A DNA stretch of 64,000 bases from Leucoraja erinacea (Eukaryota), in the NCBI RefSeq assembly GCF_028641065.1, contig NC_073377.1, positions 160,642,001-160,706,000 of the forward strand, read 5' to 3'. How positions within the stretch are numbered: position 1 is the first letter of the stretch; every line of letters begins with the position of its first letter. The notes under the pieces are model-generated. The model made no database searches, was not told the DNA's origin, and saw only the letters and a list, made by a program, of their open reading frames with translations. The position numbers and the translations under genes were made by a program. This document shows, one piece after another, positions 61,897 through 64,000 of this stretch.

Positions 61897-63411
61897 TGGT
61901 GTTTCTTTTAAGATCATTTAAACCATTATTTCTGCTTAACAAATTCTGCAGATCATTTTTCTTTTTTTAATCATAAAAGTATGGGATTACATTCTTCCCA
62001 TTGCCTTGTCCATTTTACTTGTGGATCATGGTATCCTGTTTTTATCACAACAAACTCCCTCTTTTCCCACTTCCCATCACATCTGCCTGAGTCTCTTCTG
62101 ACATTCCCTCCTTCTCCGGCATCTTACATCAGCATCCCATTCTTTCTTTTTCCCTAATTCAATTTTGTAACCATACCCAGTTCTCTACTTTTATACATGT
62201 AACATGTCTTTCCTCCTCCCTCGCCATTTCATACATGAATCACATTGTCTCCCCTCTTCCCGCTCTACACGTTGATCACATTCTTCCCCTTCTCCCTTTT
62301 TTGCAACTGAATCACATTCTGCACTTTTAAAAAATCTTTTGTACTGTTTTGCACATGTACATCAAATTGTAACAACGAATATAGACAAGGTGCTGTCCAG
62401 TCAAATGATCTAATTTAATGCACAATCGCTATTCCCTTGACCAATGATGAATTTTCCATTCAGTAAATATGTTAATCTATGATGCAAACATAATAGCCTA
62501 TTATTTATTGCAATATATTCACAAAGTTATTGATCTAATTATTTGTAAACATGGGAATACTGATTCTTGTCAATCTTTGGTGCATGCACCAAATCACCCT
62601 GTTGTACATTCCATCTGGTGCTAAAAAGTTACTCTGGTGACAATGGCACTTGTAATCGCATGACTACCTCATACAGAGCTATTGCTTGTTCTCTCACTGG
62701 ATGAAATGCATCTAACAAAACCAAACCTCCAGCTCAAATTATACATTATAGAAAGTGATTTGCCAGGTGTGGTCGTTCTGGAACTGTGTATATTTGCAGC
62801 AAGACTGCCTTACTTGTATCTTCAATGTTAACGCTTTGTGTTCTCCGAACTCAGTAATGCGAGTGTTGTGAACTCAGTAGTGAATTCTGTGAACTCAATA
62901 GCACAAGTGTTGTGCATTTGTGTTGTGTTTATATTAGCACTCTCATTTTTCCGAAGTCTGAAATGTCAGTGCATTCATTATCTGCATCCACGTAAATCTG
63001 GTTATAGAACTTTGCCTTATCTTGTACAATCTCTGGAGTAAGCAGTGCTTGTTCCATACTTTGCACGAATTCTGTGCTTTTAACGTTGTGTAATCTTCAA
63101 AGACAGAAATGTTAGTCCTGTTCTGACTTCTGTAGCCTGCCTGACAACAAATGGATCAAATTACACATTTTAAATAATTGAATTAGTGTGCAGCAGACTG
63201 GTTTAAATAACACACTGCAAGCAAAGCTGACAGAGTTTTATCCTCCCACATTCTATCGGTGTGACTATGAAGTCTGCTCATCCGCTGGGCTCATCTGATT
63301 AGATATAACCAAGGTGGAAACGCATCGAGCAGCTAGGATAAAATATACCATGTTATTTGGTGAAGAACACTAATAGAAACAGGGGAAATTAAATAAGGGA
63401 AACCAAGACGG

Positions 63412-63632
63412 TAATGCCCCTGTCCCACTGAGGAAACCTGAACGGAAACCTCTGGAGACTTTGTGCCCCACCCAAGGTTTCCGTGCGGTTCCCGGAGGTT
63501 TCTGCCAGTCTCCCTACCTGCTTCCACTACCTGCAACCTCCGGCAACCACCTGCAACCTCCGGGAACATTGGGTGGGGCGCAAAGTCTCCAGAGGTTTCC
63601 GTTCAGGTTTCCTAAGTGGGACAGGGGCATTA
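63412..63632. mobile_element. Intact MITE with TIRs of about 64 bp (PIF/Harbinger-like TA(A)/(T)TA ends)
   Basis: taatgcccctgtcccactgaggaaacctgaacggaaacctctggagactttgtgccccacccaa versus its reverse complement at 63569-63632, with 2 mismatches. Confidence 0.9.
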
Positions 63633-64000
63633 CTGAGTATGTGCTGCTCACCGTGGGCAGTTTTATGTAAGAGGGCATCTAAAGATGACTTTAAAATGTG
63701 CGTGTAATTGTCCAGTGACTGGGTGGAAACCTCCACATCAGTCCAGTCTTGAATAAACTGTCAAAGCGACACATCTTCAGGAACTGCAGAGTGACAGACT
63801 TTTCTCTCTTTGCTATGTTTAACACATGTTTTAGTTCAGTCCCCTCTCATTCTTCTAACTTGAACAAACTAGACCTTCTCCTCACCTGGTTACAGTCGGC
63901 TTGTATCTGGTGACCCTGCAGGTATAAAACCCCTTCTAAGTCTATTGTCTATTGTTTATTGTCTGCCTTCCATTCTCCATGGTGTCAAGACCTCAGCTGG

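Overview
This is eukaryotic, repeat-dominated DNA, not prokaryotic. It is most probably from a cartilaginous fish (shark, skate or ray), judged from HE1/V-SINE-like tRNA SINEs and CR1 (HER1-like), Rex1/Babar, L2 and Penelope retroelements. There is no CRISPR array, operon, rRNA or true tRNA, and I cannot name any host protein-coding gene. The only host-gene evidence is a CpG island at about 15.2-17.1 kb that looks like a bidirectional promoter: several strong splice donors lie on the minus strand, a Kozak ATG plus GTAAGT exon lies on the plus strand, and a roughly 0.9 kb GC-box/G-rich 24-bp minisatellite separates them. The rest is intronic or intergenic DNA filled with nested, mostly decayed transposons. 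One 5'-truncated Rex1/Babar RT ORF (12830-14197) is still open. Most notable observations: (i) a non-autonomous Helitron family with TC...hairpin-CTAG ends, including a nested head-to-tail triple array, whose copies carry different internal satellites; (ii) a DNA-transposon-like remnant encoding a spindlin/Tudor-like C-terminal fragment; (iii) about 10 Penelope 3' ends carrying minimal hammerhead-ribozyme motifs, two arranged as fold-back pairs; (iv) a multi-template junction at the 5' end of a nested LINE; (v) a CA...TG TIR element with a 5-bp TSD; (vi) two solo LTRs with TSDs; (vii) a family of GC-rich non-autonomous retroposons with Rex1-type tails. All family assignments come from reading motifs by eye, with no database search. 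Boundaries of decayed repeats are approximate.
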